Of a stretch of DNA of 64,000 nt, positions 17,031 through 25,532 are shown piece after piece. Within the stretch, counting starts at the first letter, position 1. Every line of letters starts with the position of its first letter. Under the pieces are notes generated by a model. The model was not told where the DNA came from, did no database searches, and was given only the letters and a program-made list of their open reading frames with translations. The position numbers and the translations under genes were made by a program. Where the stretch lies: assembly GCA_017467625.1 (NCBI GenBank), contig JAFUSN010000003.1, forward strand, positions 193,378 through 257,377, read 5' to 3'. Origin of the DNA: Clostridia bacterium (lineage in GTDB: Bacteria; Bacillota; Clostridia; Christensenellales; UBA1242).

Positions 17031-17058
17031 AAAAAAGGAATGACAAAGTGTCATTCCT
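17031..17058 (-). terminator. Terminator after yloV
   Basis: aggaatgaca-aag-tgtcattcct with a T-run on the minus strand. Confidence 0.7.
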
Positions 17059-17064
17059 GAATAA

Positions 17065-18711
17065 TTATTCAAGTGAAATAAGATAGTAATAAATTGGTTG
17101 ATTTCCTTCATGGCAATCAATTTCAAGATCTGGATACTTTTCCTGAAGGGTTTCAACAAGTTTTCCAGCATCTGCAGGGTTAACATCATTTCCATAGAAA
17201 AGTGAAACAGTTGAAACTTCGTCAGTCATAAGTTTTTCAATTGTGTCTTCAGTAACTTTGCTTACATCATTTCCCTTTGTTACAATTTTCTTTTCGCCCA
17301 AACCAATGATGTCATTTTCTTTAAGTTTAAATCCATCAATTGAAGTTGAACGAACAGCGTATGTAACTTGACCTGAAATTACGCCCTTAATTGTTTCTTC
17401 AACATTTGCTTTATTTTCCTCAATTGAAAGTTCTGGATCAATTCTAATTGCTGCAGAAATTCCTTGAGGAATTGAAGTTGTTGGAAGAACAAAAATGTTA
17501 CGTTTTGAAAGATCATTTGCAAGTTCTGCTGCTAAAATGATATTTTTGTTATTTGGAAGAACAAAGATATTCTCTGCTGCAACGCTGTCAGCGGCTTTTG
17601 CAATGTCATCGGCGCTTGGGTTCATTGTTTGTCCACCCTCAATTACATAGTCAACATTGAGATCTTTAAATAGATTTGAAAGACCTTCACCAGCGCAAAC
17701 TGCAATAACACCAAGTTTTTTGAGTTCTTTTTGCTCTTGTTTAACTTTAAGTGCTCTGTTTTGTTCAAGCATATTTTCAATTTTAACACCATTAAGCTCA
17801 CCAAGTTTGAGGGCGTTTGTGAGAGCAACTCCTGGTTGATTTGTGTGAACATGGACCTTAACAAGACTTAAATCACCAATGCAGATGACGGAATCACCAA
17901 TGCTCATAAGTGTTTCACGAAGTTTGTCAATATCTGCAATGGTTGTTTTTTTGTTGATATTGATTACAAAGAATTCAGTGCAATATGCAAATTCAATGTC
18001 TGCCAAGCTATTGTAGTCAACCATTTCAGTTGCAAAATCATGACCAGGGGTTCCTTCAACTTTATCAGTGTCTGCTGAAAGTTTAAGTTCACTTTCATCA
18101 CCTGAAACAATTTTATAGAATCCGTTAAAAACAACAAGAAGGCCTCTACCACCAGAGTCAACAACACCAGCCTTTTTAAGAACTGGGAGAAGTTCAGGAG
18201 TCATTGCCAAAGCTTCTTCACCAACATCCAAAACTTGTTTCATGAAATCTTTGATTTCAGTGGTTTTCTTAGCAATTTTTGTTGATGCTTCAGCCATCAT
18301 TCTAATAACAGTTAAAATTGTTCCTTCTTTTGGTTTTGTAACTGCTTTATAAGCAATGTTAGCACCTTCAACAAGCGCATTGGCAAAATCCATAGCTTTA
18401 ATTTCTTTAAGGTTAACAAGTGATGATGTCATTCCCTTCAAAATTTGAGAGAGAATAACACCAGAGTTTCCTCTTGCACCTTTAAGTGCACCCTTGCTGA
18501 TTGCATCACAAATTGACTCCATGTCATTATTTGCGCACATGTTGAGTTCTTTAACAGCTGACTTCATTGTGAGAGTCATATTTGTTCCAGTGTCCCCATC
18601 AGGAACTGGGAAAACGTTTAATGAGTTTACATATTCTTTATTTTCATCGAGGTAGTTTGCACCTGAAACCACCATTTTACGGAGCATTGCTCCAGTGATA
18701 ACTTTATCCAT
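17065..18711 (-). CDS. yloV: DAK2 domain fusion protein YloV
   Basis: N-terminal Dak2-type domain (DGDTGTNM, GARGNSGVILSQ), 548 aa, conserved position after asp23. Confidence 0.85.
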   Translation of the reverse strand: MDKVITGAMLRKMVVSGANYLDENKEYVNSLNVFPVPDGDTGTNMTLTMKSAVKELNMCANNDMESICDAISKGALKGARGNSGVILSQILKGMTSSLVNLKEIKAMDFANALVEGANIAYKAVTKPKEGTILTVIRMMAEASTKIAKKTTEIKDFMKQVLDVGEEALAMTPELLPVLKKAGVVDSGGRGLLVVFNGFYKIVSGDESELKLSADTDKVEGTPGHDFATEMVDYNSLADIEFAYCTEFFVININKKTTIADIDKLRETLMSIGDSVICIGDLSLVKVHVHTNQPGVALTNALKLGELNGVKIENMLEQNRALKVKQEQKELKKLGVIAVCAGEGLSNLFKDLNVDYVIEGGQTMNPSADDIAKAADSVAAENIFVLPNNKNIILAAELANDLSKRNIFVLPTTSIPQGISAAIRIDPELSIEENKANVEETIKGVISGQVTYAVRSTSIDGFKLKENDIIGLGEKKIVTKGNDVSKVTEDTIEKLMTDEVSTVSLFYGNDVNPADAGKLVETLQEKYPDLEIDCHEGNQPIYYYLISLE

Positions 18712-18770
18712 CTTATCTCCTAGTTTATTGTTTTGGACAGCAAAACATAAGGCCCATTTCGCCCCTCTGT

Positions 18771-19121
18771 TTAAACTTTAACTCCAACAACATTAATATT
18801 TATTGAATCAACAATCATGCCGGTGAATTGTTCAACATTGTATTTTACAAGGCGTCTAACAGATTCAGCGACAGCGTTTATACTTACACCATATTTAAGG
18901 ATGATGTCAAGATCTATGTTTATTCTGTCATTGATTGTTGTTACTTTAATTCCGCGTGGTCTATATTTTTTTCTAAAGAGCTCACGGATTGAATCAGCAA
19001 ATTTATTTGTTACAAGATCAACAACACCATATACATCAAGTGCAGAATGTGCAACAATCAAAGCGACTGACTCGTCTGTAACAGAAATCTTTCCATAGGA
19101 ATTGACTGTATTAACTGACAT
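18771..19121 (-). CDS. Asp23/Gls24 family envelope stress protein
   Basis: 116 aa. The sequence GKISVTDESVALIVAHSALDVYGV is typical of Asp23/YloU, and the gene is syntenic with yloV-recG. Confidence 0.8.
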   Translation of the reverse strand: MSVNTVNSYGKISVTDESVALIVAHSALDVYGVVDLVTNKFADSIRELFRKKYRPRGIKVTTINDRINIDLDIILKYGVSINAVAESVRRLVKYNVEQFTGMIVDSININVVGVKV

Positions 19122-19340
19122 AACTTTCTCCTTAATTCAATTTGTGGGCACCAAAAAGCTGGTTTTACCCAACAAACCTATAACTATGATAAATCATTCT
19201 AGAAAAAAAATCAACAATTTATTTGATTTAAAGTAGTTATTTGTTAAATTTTTTAAATAATTTTAATATTTACTTGCAAATTCAACTTTCCTATGTTATT
19301 ATATACAAGGTTATTCAATACGCCTAGGAGGTAGAACTTA

Positions 19341-19526
19341 ATGAGCAGAGTATGTAGTATTTGTGGAAAAGGCCCAAGCGCGGGAAATTCTCGTAGCCAC
19401 GCTTTAAATATATCTAAAAGAGTATATAGACCAAATCTTCATAAGCAAACAATTGAAGTTGACGGAAAAGTTCAAACAGTTTATGTTTGCACAAAGTGTA
19501 TGAAGGGTTCAAAAAAAGATAAATAA
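19341..19526 (+). CDS. rpmB: 50S ribosomal protein L28
   Basis: MSRVCSICGKGPSAGNSRSHALNISKRVYRPNL matches the L28 family. Good RBS (aggagg). Confidence 0.95.
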   Translation: MSRVCSICGKGPSAGNSRSHALNISKRVYRPNLHKQTIEVDGKVQTVYVCTKCMKGSKKDK

Positions 19527-19532
19527 AAAAAT

Positions 19533-19556
19533 ACCAGCAGATTGCTGGTTTTTTTA
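19533..19556 (+). terminator. rpmB terminator
   Basis: accagcag-a-ttgctggt followed by ttttttt. Confidence 0.75.
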
Positions 19557-19564
19557 TTCAAAAT

Positions 19565-19589
19565 AAGGAGTGGGATTCCCCCACTCCTT
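19565..19589 (-). terminator. spoVM terminator
   Basis: aaggagtggg-attcc-cccactcctt overlapping the spoVM stop codon. A U-rich tract follows on the minus strand. Confidence 0.6.
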
Positions 19590-19662
19590 ATTTTTGTTTT
19601 CTCACAAACAATTTTAGTATACCAGATAAAAATTTTGGTGCTTTAATGCACATTATGGTCAT
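19588..19662 (-). CDS. spoVM: Stage V sporulation protein M (24-aa amphipathic peptide); not in the ORF track
   Basis: AGGAGGG lies 6 nt before the ATG. The peptide is MTIMCIKAPKFLSGILKLFVRKQK, compared with B. subtilis SpoVM MKFYTIKLPKFLGGIVRAMLGSFRKD (from memory). The position is the same as in B. subtilis: downstream of rpe and convergent with rpmB. A CATATAAT box, similar to a SigE -10 element, lies about 15 nt upstream of the RBS. Confidence 0.8.
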   Translation of the reverse strand: MTIMCIKAPKFLSGILKLFVRKQK

Positions 19663-19711
19663 AGACTTCCCTCCTAATTACTTCCATTATATGAAAGTGA
19701 AGTTTATGATG

Positions 19712-20407
19712 TTAATTTTTAAAAAATTTAGAAATATTTCCAAGAATATCTTTACCTTTTAGTTGTTTAATTGTTTTTCTCATGTTTTTAGATTCAAACA
19801 CGGTTTTTCCACTGACAATGATATTTGCTCCCATCTTTCTTAAAATTTTGGAGTTCTTAACTGTTACGCCACCATCAATTTCAATTAACACATGCTTATC
19901 TAAATCACGAATTTCAGCAATTTTTTCAGCCATTCCAGGAATAAATTCTTGGCCGCAAGCCCCAGGTTTAACACCCATAACAAGAACAATATCAACAAGT
20001 TTTTGCTCCAATATGTCTTTAATTTTTAAGGCTGGAGTTTTTGGGTTAATGGCAATTCCTGTAACAACATTACTTTCCTTAATTTTTTTAAGGGTTTGAG
20101 TCAAGTTTTTTGTTGCTTCATAATGAATTGTTAAAATGTCGGCACCGGCGTCAATATACTTATCAATAACTTCATCAGGATTTTCCACCATCAAGTGAAC
20201 ATCAAGCATTAAATTTGTTTTATCTCTGATTTTATCAACCAAAGTGTAGTCAAAAGTTTTATTTTTAACAAAAACACCATCCATAACATCAAGGTGAACA
20301 AAGTTTGCACCTGCTTTTTCAATGTTAACAAGTGCTTTATCTAGCACCTCATCATTTTTATAATCAATTGCAATGATTGATGGTGAAACACGAATTAATT
20401 TTGGCAT
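19712..20407 (-). CDS. rpe: Ribulose-phosphate 3-epimerase
   Basis: SPSIIA, HLDVMDG.FV, VHLMV, VMGVKPG..GQ.F, IEIDGG. Confidence 0.9.
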   Translation of the reverse strand: MPKLIRVSPSIIAIDYKNDEVLDKALVNIEKAGANFVHLDVMDGVFVKNKTFDYTLVDKIRDKTNLMLDVHLMVENPDEVIDKYIDAGADILTIHYEATKNLTQTLKKIKESNVVTGIAINPKTPALKIKDILEQKLVDIVLVMGVKPGACGQEFIPGMAEKIAEIRDLDKHVLIEIDGGVTVKNSKILRKMGANIIVSGKTVFESKNMRKTIKQLKGKDILGNISKFFKN

Positions 20408-21469
20408 CTATTTACCCTCCTTTAATTTTGATCTACGAAGTTGTCCACATGCACCAGATATATCGCTTCCAAGCGTTCTTCTGGTTGTTGCTGAGACTCC
20501 AAGTTTTTTAAGTTCTTCCCAAAACTCTGCTTGTTTTTGTTTACTTGCAGGTTTAAGAGCAGGGTTTTCTTCAACTGAGTGAGGAGTTGTGTTGATTGGA
20601 ATTAAGTTAAAATGAGAAGAAATCCCCTTTGAAAGTTCTTTAAGCCTTTCGGCGTCTTCTTTATTTGTGTTCATATCAAGAGTGATATATTCAAAAACTA
20701 TTCTTCGTTTAGTTTTTTCAAAGTAATAGCGAATTGCAAAAAACAGCTCTTTTAATGAAATTCCACGAGCCACTGGCATAATTTTTTTACGCTCTTCTTC
20801 AGTTGATGCATGAAGTGAAATTGTTAATGTTATTCCAAGATCTTCATCCGCAAGAGCCTTTATTTTTTCAGCCAGTCCACAAGTTGAAAGTGAAATGTTA
20901 CGTTGTGATAAGTTGAAGTTTTCTTTGCTTGAAATGAGCTTGATGAATTTTACAACATTATCATAGTTGTCAAGAGGTTCGCCACATCCCATTAAAACAA
21001 TGTTTGTAATTTTTCTATCTGATTTGCTTCCACCAATATGGCGATTAACAGCAAGAACTTGACCAAGCATTTCTGCAGGAGTTAAGTTGCGAACTAAACC
21101 ATCAATGCCAGTTGCACAAAATGCACAACCCATCCTGCACCCAACTTGTGTTGAAATGCAAATTGTGTTGCCATATTTATAATTCATCAAAACACCTTCA
21201 ACAATGTTTCCATCTGCAAGTGACAAAAGATATTTTTTTGTTCCATCACGGCTTATAAGTTCCCTTTCAATTTTAACAGGTTCATCATCATAAACCTCTA
21301 AAAGTTTGTTTCGAAGTTCCTGAGGAATGTTTGTCATTTCACTTATACGCTTATAGTCACCGAGCCAAGCATAAATTTGTTCGGCGCGGTATCGTGGCAT
21401 TTTTTCAACAATTGCAGAAAGTTCTTCTTTTAATTCCGAAAGTGAAAGGTTGTAAATGTTTTTTTTCAT
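20408..21469 (-). CDS. rlmN: 23S rRNA/tRNA (adenine-C2)-methyltransferase RlmN (radical SAM)
   Basis: CRMGCAFCATG, MGCGEPLDNY, SLHA, and C-terminal ACGQL. Confidence 0.9.
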   Translation of the reverse strand: MKKNIYNLSLSELKEELSAIVEKMPRYRAEQIYAWLGDYKRISEMTNIPQELRNKLLEVYDDEPVKIERELISRDGTKKYLLSLADGNIVEGVLMNYKYGNTICISTQVGCRMGCAFCATGIDGLVRNLTPAEMLGQVLAVNRHIGGSKSDRKITNIVLMGCGEPLDNYDNVVKFIKLISSKENFNLSQRNISLSTCGLAEKIKALADEDLGITLTISLHASTEEERKKIMPVARGISLKELFFAIRYYFEKTKRRIVFEYITLDMNTNKEDAERLKELSKGISSHFNLIPINTTPHSVEENPALKPASKQKQAEFWEELKKLGVSATTRRTLGSDISGACGQLRRSKLKEGK

Positions 21470-22437
21470 TACCCACCTCTAACTTCTAAATTTTTAAATA
21501 CATCAAAATGAGAGACTTTTCTTCCATTAAGAACATCTTTTCCTGAAAGGATTTTTGTTCCTGGAAGTTGAATTTCAAGAATTTCAATTGCACCATCAGC
21601 AGTTTTTACAAAAAGACCACGTTTTGGTGAACTTTCTGGAAGGACGGTTCCAACTGCAAGTGCCATTGATTCTGGAGAAATATCAATATCTGCAACTTTC
21701 GCTCTATAAACTTTGACAAGCATGTTGTTAAGATATGTTCGTGAAATTGGATTTGGATTTGTTCCAAGAATTAAACACTTGATTTCTCTTGAAGATTTTT
21801 CCCAGTTGATGACGGCATCTTCTTTATCAATTTTTTTTGTGATTGTTGCGTAAACATGTTCTTGTTTTACAAAAGTTGCACTTCCATCTTCAAGCCTATC
21901 AATTACATCCAAAAGTAAGTTTCCGCCAATGATTGAAAGTTTGTTTGTAAGTTCACCAGCTGTTTCATTTTCACCAATTTTTGTTTTTGCAATTGCAATG
22001 ATGTCGCCAGTGTCTAGGCCAATTTCTGTTTTCATTACAGTTACACCAGTTTCAGTGTCGCCATGAATTATTGCGGATTGAATTGGCGAAGCTCCACGAT
22101 ATTTTGGAAGAATTGATGCATGAACATTAATTGTTCCAAATTTGGCAATATCAAGCACTTGTTGGCTTAAAATTTGTCCATAGGCTGCAGTTATCATTAA
22201 ATCAGGAGAAAGTGCCTTTAAATCAACAATTCCATCTCGTGAGATTTTTGGAAATTGAAAGAGAGGAATTCCATTTTTAAGAGCATATTCTTTAACTGGA
22301 GAAAACACAACCTTATTTCCTCTTTCACTAGGTTTATCAGGTTGAGTTACAACTGCAACAACTTCATGTTTTGATTTTATAAGCATATCTAAGCAATTTA
22401 CTGCAAATTCAGGCGTTCCTAAAAAAATTATTCTCAT
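21469..22437 (-). CDS. fmt: Methionyl-tRNA formyltransferase
   Basis: MRIIFLGTPEFAV, NVHASILPKYRGASPIQ.AI, 322 aa, downstream of def. Confidence 0.9.
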   Translation of the reverse strand: MRIIFLGTPEFAVNCLDMLIKSKHEVVAVVTQPDKPSERGNKVVFSPVKEYALKNGIPLFQFPKISRDGIVDLKALSPDLMITAAYGQILSQQVLDIAKFGTINVHASILPKYRGASPIQSAIIHGDTETGVTVMKTEIGLDTGDIIAIAKTKIGENETAGELTNKLSIIGGNLLLDVIDRLEDGSATFVKQEHVYATITKKIDKEDAVINWEKSSREIKCLILGTNPNPISRTYLNNMLVKVYRAKVADIDISPESMALAVGTVLPESSPKRGLFVKTADGAIEILEIQLPGTKILSGKDVLNGRKVSHFDVFKNLEVRGG

Positions 22438-22940
22438 TTAATCGTTTCCTTTTGTTGCTTTTTCTTGCGATTGTATTCATCGCGATCATTAAACATTTCT
22501 ATTGCTTTATCAATATATAAAATTCCATTTAAGTGATCAAGTTCATGGCAGAAGCATTTTGCCTCAAATCCAGTAAATTTTTTTGAGATTTTTTTGCCAG
22601 TTCTGTCTTGATATTCAACCCAAACCTTTTCAGGTCTTTCAACAATTCCACACTTTCCTGGAACTGATAAGCATCCTTCAATTTTAATTTTGTTTTCACC
22701 CTCTTGTTTAATGATTGAAGGATTGATGCATTCTCTGATGAATTTTGGATTTGCATGCATAACAAAAACTCTTTTCAAAACTCCAACTTGAACAGCTGAA
22801 AGTCCCGCACCGTCATTGGCATGCATGGTGTCAATCATGTCATCAATCAGTTCACCGAGCCTAGTATCAAAATTTAATACTGGCTTTGAGATTTTTCGGA
22901 GGGTTTCATCACCTTCGTGTATAATTTTTCGTATTGCCAT
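22434..22940 (-). CDS. def: Peptide deformylase
   Basis: GAGLSAVQVG, EGCLSVPG, HELDHLNG. Confidence 0.95.
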   Translation of the reverse strand: MAIRKIIHEGDETLRKISKPVLNFDTRLGELIDDMIDTMHANDGAGLSAVQVGVLKRVFVMHANPKFIRECINPSIIKQEGENKIKIEGCLSVPGKCGIVERPEKVWVEYQDRTGKKISKKFTGFEAKCFCHELDHLNGILYIDKAIEMFNDRDEYNRKKKQQKETIK

Positions 22941-22949
22941 AAGTTCTCC

Positions 22950-25154
22950 TTAACTTAAATTTTGAGGGTTTATTTCAACAAAAACGCTAGTTCCATTTTT
23001 GTTTAATTTATCTGCTAGATCAAATAATTTGTTTGTTATTTCATCCGCCTTTTCAGTTTTGAGCCTCATTAAAATTTGAATCCTAAACTTGTTTTGAATT
23101 TTTCCTATTGGCGATTTCATTACGCCTAAATAAACAAATTCATTGCTATAGTCTTGTTGGATTTTTCTTACTTCATCATAATACACCTTTGCAGTGGTTT
23201 TTGCAATATTTTCTTCAGTGTGAGTGAAAAGAATCCTTAAAATGCGTGTGAATGGCGGATACATTGTAACTTGACGAAGATTAATTTCTTTTTTATAGAA
23301 TGCTGGATAATCATAACTGCTTGCAAGACGATAGGTGTAATGCCTTGGAACATATGTTTGAAGATAAATTTCTCCAGGCTTATCTGCCCTTCCAGCTCGC
23401 CCAGCCACTTGCGTAATTAATTCAAAAGTTTGTTCGCTTGCTGTGTATGATGACTGATATAAACTTACATCTGCATCAATAATTCCAACAAGTGTTACGC
23501 TTGGAAAATCGTGACCTTTTGCAATCATTTGTGTTCCAACTAACACTTGAGTTTTTCCACTTCTAAAATCAGACAAGATTTTAAGATGAGAGTCCTTGGT
23601 TTTTGTTGTGTCATTATCCATTCTTGAAACTGATACACCAGGAATCAGTTGCTGCAATTCGTGAACAACTCTTTCTGTCCCAATTGACCCACGCGAAAGC
23701 TCTGTGTTTCCACATTCTGGGCACTCAGTAAACACTTTATATCGATTTCCACAATAGTGACATTTTAAAACATTTTCTTGTTTGTGCAAAACAAGTGAAA
23801 CATCACAGTCTTGGCACTTTGCAACAAAACCACATTTTTTACACATTAAAAATGATGCGAAGCCACGGCGATTTATAAACAGCATTGCCTGATTTTTTTC
23901 AGCAATGGTCCTTTTTAGTGCATCTTCAAGTTCGTGTGAAAATATGCTGGTGTTTCCAGTTTTTACTTCATTTCCCATATCAATAATTTTGAGTGGCGGA
24001 AGTTCACGCTTGTTTATGCGCTCTTTCATTTCCAGAAGTTGATATTCATGAAGCATTGCATGGTGATAGCTAATTAAACTTGGGGTTGCACTTCCAAGTA
24101 CAAGTGAACAATTTGAAAGTTTTGCTCGTTGTTTCGCAATTTCAATTGTGTTATACCTAGGATTTGATTCACTGTTATATGAATTGTCATGCTCTTCATC
24201 AATAACAATGAGACCAATGTTTTTTAATGGGGCAAAAATTGCGGATCTTGCACCAATAACAATTTTAGCTTCACCGAGCAGAATTCTTTCCCATTCATCA
24301 AAACGCTCGCCTGCTGAAAGTCCAGAGTGCAAAATTGCAACTTCATTTCCAAAACGAGAACGGAAATTCATTAAAACTTGAGGAGTTAATGAAATTTCAG
24401 GAACAAGCATTATTCCGGTTTTATTATTTTTTAACACCTCTTGCATGCAGTGCATATAAACTTCTGTTTTTCCACTTCCGGTTACACCATGAAGAAGATA
24501 TATGTTATTTTCAGTTGTAATTCGTTTAACAATTTGGGATTGAAGACTTGTTAAAGTTATGTTAGATTTATTTTCAATTTCAATTGATGTGTAAGGAGTT
24601 CGCCTTACAATCATGTCGCTTGTTGAAATTATGCCAAGGTCAATGAGTTTTTTAACTGATGCTTGATTAAATTTTTTGTTAAGATCAGTTTGATAGGCAG
24701 AGCCTTTTTCAAGTAAATAGTTAATCAGGCCGATGACGGCAGTTGCGTTTGACCTTATTTTTGAAAGATATTCTTTTGCCAATTGTTCATTTGCAATAAA
24801 ACAGTTTGTTTTAACAAGTTCTTTAACGCGTCCATTTCGTAGTTCACTTGGTAAAAACAATCTTAGCGAATCACACATTCCAATATGGAATTTTTCACGC
24901 ATAAATTTAGCAAGTTCAAGTTGGTCGGCTGTGATGATGGGAAATTTATCAATTGCAGAAATTATTTTTTTTAGTTTCGTTTCTTCTAAATCAGTTTCAT
25001 TTGAAATGTTAATTAAATAACCTTCTTTAATGATTTTGCCAAAAGGAACATAAACCCTTGAGCCGACTTCAATTTTTTCGTCAGGTAAAATGTAGTCGAA
25101 AACCTTGTCAACCAAACTGCTTGCAATATCAACTATAACCTTCCCAATTAGCAT
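22950..25154 (-). CDS. priA: Primosomal protein N' (replication restart helicase PriA)
   Basis: GVTGSGKTEVY, DEEHD, zinc-binding CxxC clusters (CKKCG..CQDCD..CHYCG..CPECG), 734 aa. Confidence 0.9.
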   Translation of the reverse strand: MLIGKVIVDIASSLVDKVFDYILPDEKIEVGSRVYVPFGKIIKEGYLINISNETDLEETKLKKIISAIDKFPIITADQLELAKFMREKFHIGMCDSLRLFLPSELRNGRVKELVKTNCFIANEQLAKEYLSKIRSNATAVIGLINYLLEKGSAYQTDLNKKFNQASVKKLIDLGIISTSDMIVRRTPYTSIEIENKSNITLTSLQSQIVKRITTENNIYLLHGVTGSGKTEVYMHCMQEVLKNNKTGIMLVPEISLTPQVLMNFRSRFGNEVAILHSGLSAGERFDEWERILLGEAKIVIGARSAIFAPLKNIGLIVIDEEHDNSYNSESNPRYNTIEIAKQRAKLSNCSLVLGSATPSLISYHHAMLHEYQLLEMKERINKRELPPLKIIDMGNEVKTGNTSIFSHELEDALKRTIAEKNQAMLFINRRGFASFLMCKKCGFVAKCQDCDVSLVLHKQENVLKCHYCGNRYKVFTECPECGNTELSRGSIGTERVVHELQQLIPGVSVSRMDNDTTKTKDSHLKILSDFRSGKTQVLVGTQMIAKGHDFPSVTLVGIIDADVSLYQSSYTASEQTFELITQVAGRAGRADKPGEIYLQTYVPRHYTYRLASSYDYPAFYKKEINLRQVTMYPPFTRILRILFTHTEENIAKTTAKVYYDEVRKIQQDYSNEFVYLGVMKSPIGKIQNKFRIQILMRLKTEKADEITNKLFDLADKLNKNGTSVFVEINPQNLS

Positions 25155-25228
25155 AATTTCTCCATAAAAAAAGTTAGTATATGTTAATTATATACTAACT
25201 TTAAACTCTTGTCTAACAAAAACAAAAC

Positions 25229-25438
25229 CTAGTTTTCTTGTTTCTTTGCAATTGTGTAAAGACCCTCATAAAATTCTTTACTTGCAAATTCAATTGGTTT
25301 AACTCTTTGATGGTTTTTGAAATACTCTGGTTTATTGAGCAAAAGTTCCTTTGCTCTTTTTGATACAAGTGAGCATAAAACATATTTGTTTCCCGCTTTT
25401 TCAATTACTGTTTCAATTGGTGGATAGAGCCATGACAT
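25229..25438 (-). CDS. rpoZ: DNA-directed RNA polymerase subunit omega
   Basis: 69 aa. NKYVLCSLVSKRAKEL matches the omega motif, and the gene lies in the conserved position upstream of priA. Confidence 0.8.
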   Translation of the reverse strand: MSWLYPPIETVIEKAGNKYVLCSLVSKRAKELLLNKPEYFKNHQRVKPIEFASKEFYEGLYTIAKKQEN

Positions 25439-25532
25439 AACTTTAATCTCCTTGCATTTTTATTTACTGACCTATTATAACACATTTTATATGTAAAATT
25501 GCAATAGTTTTTAATAAAAATTTATCAAAATT

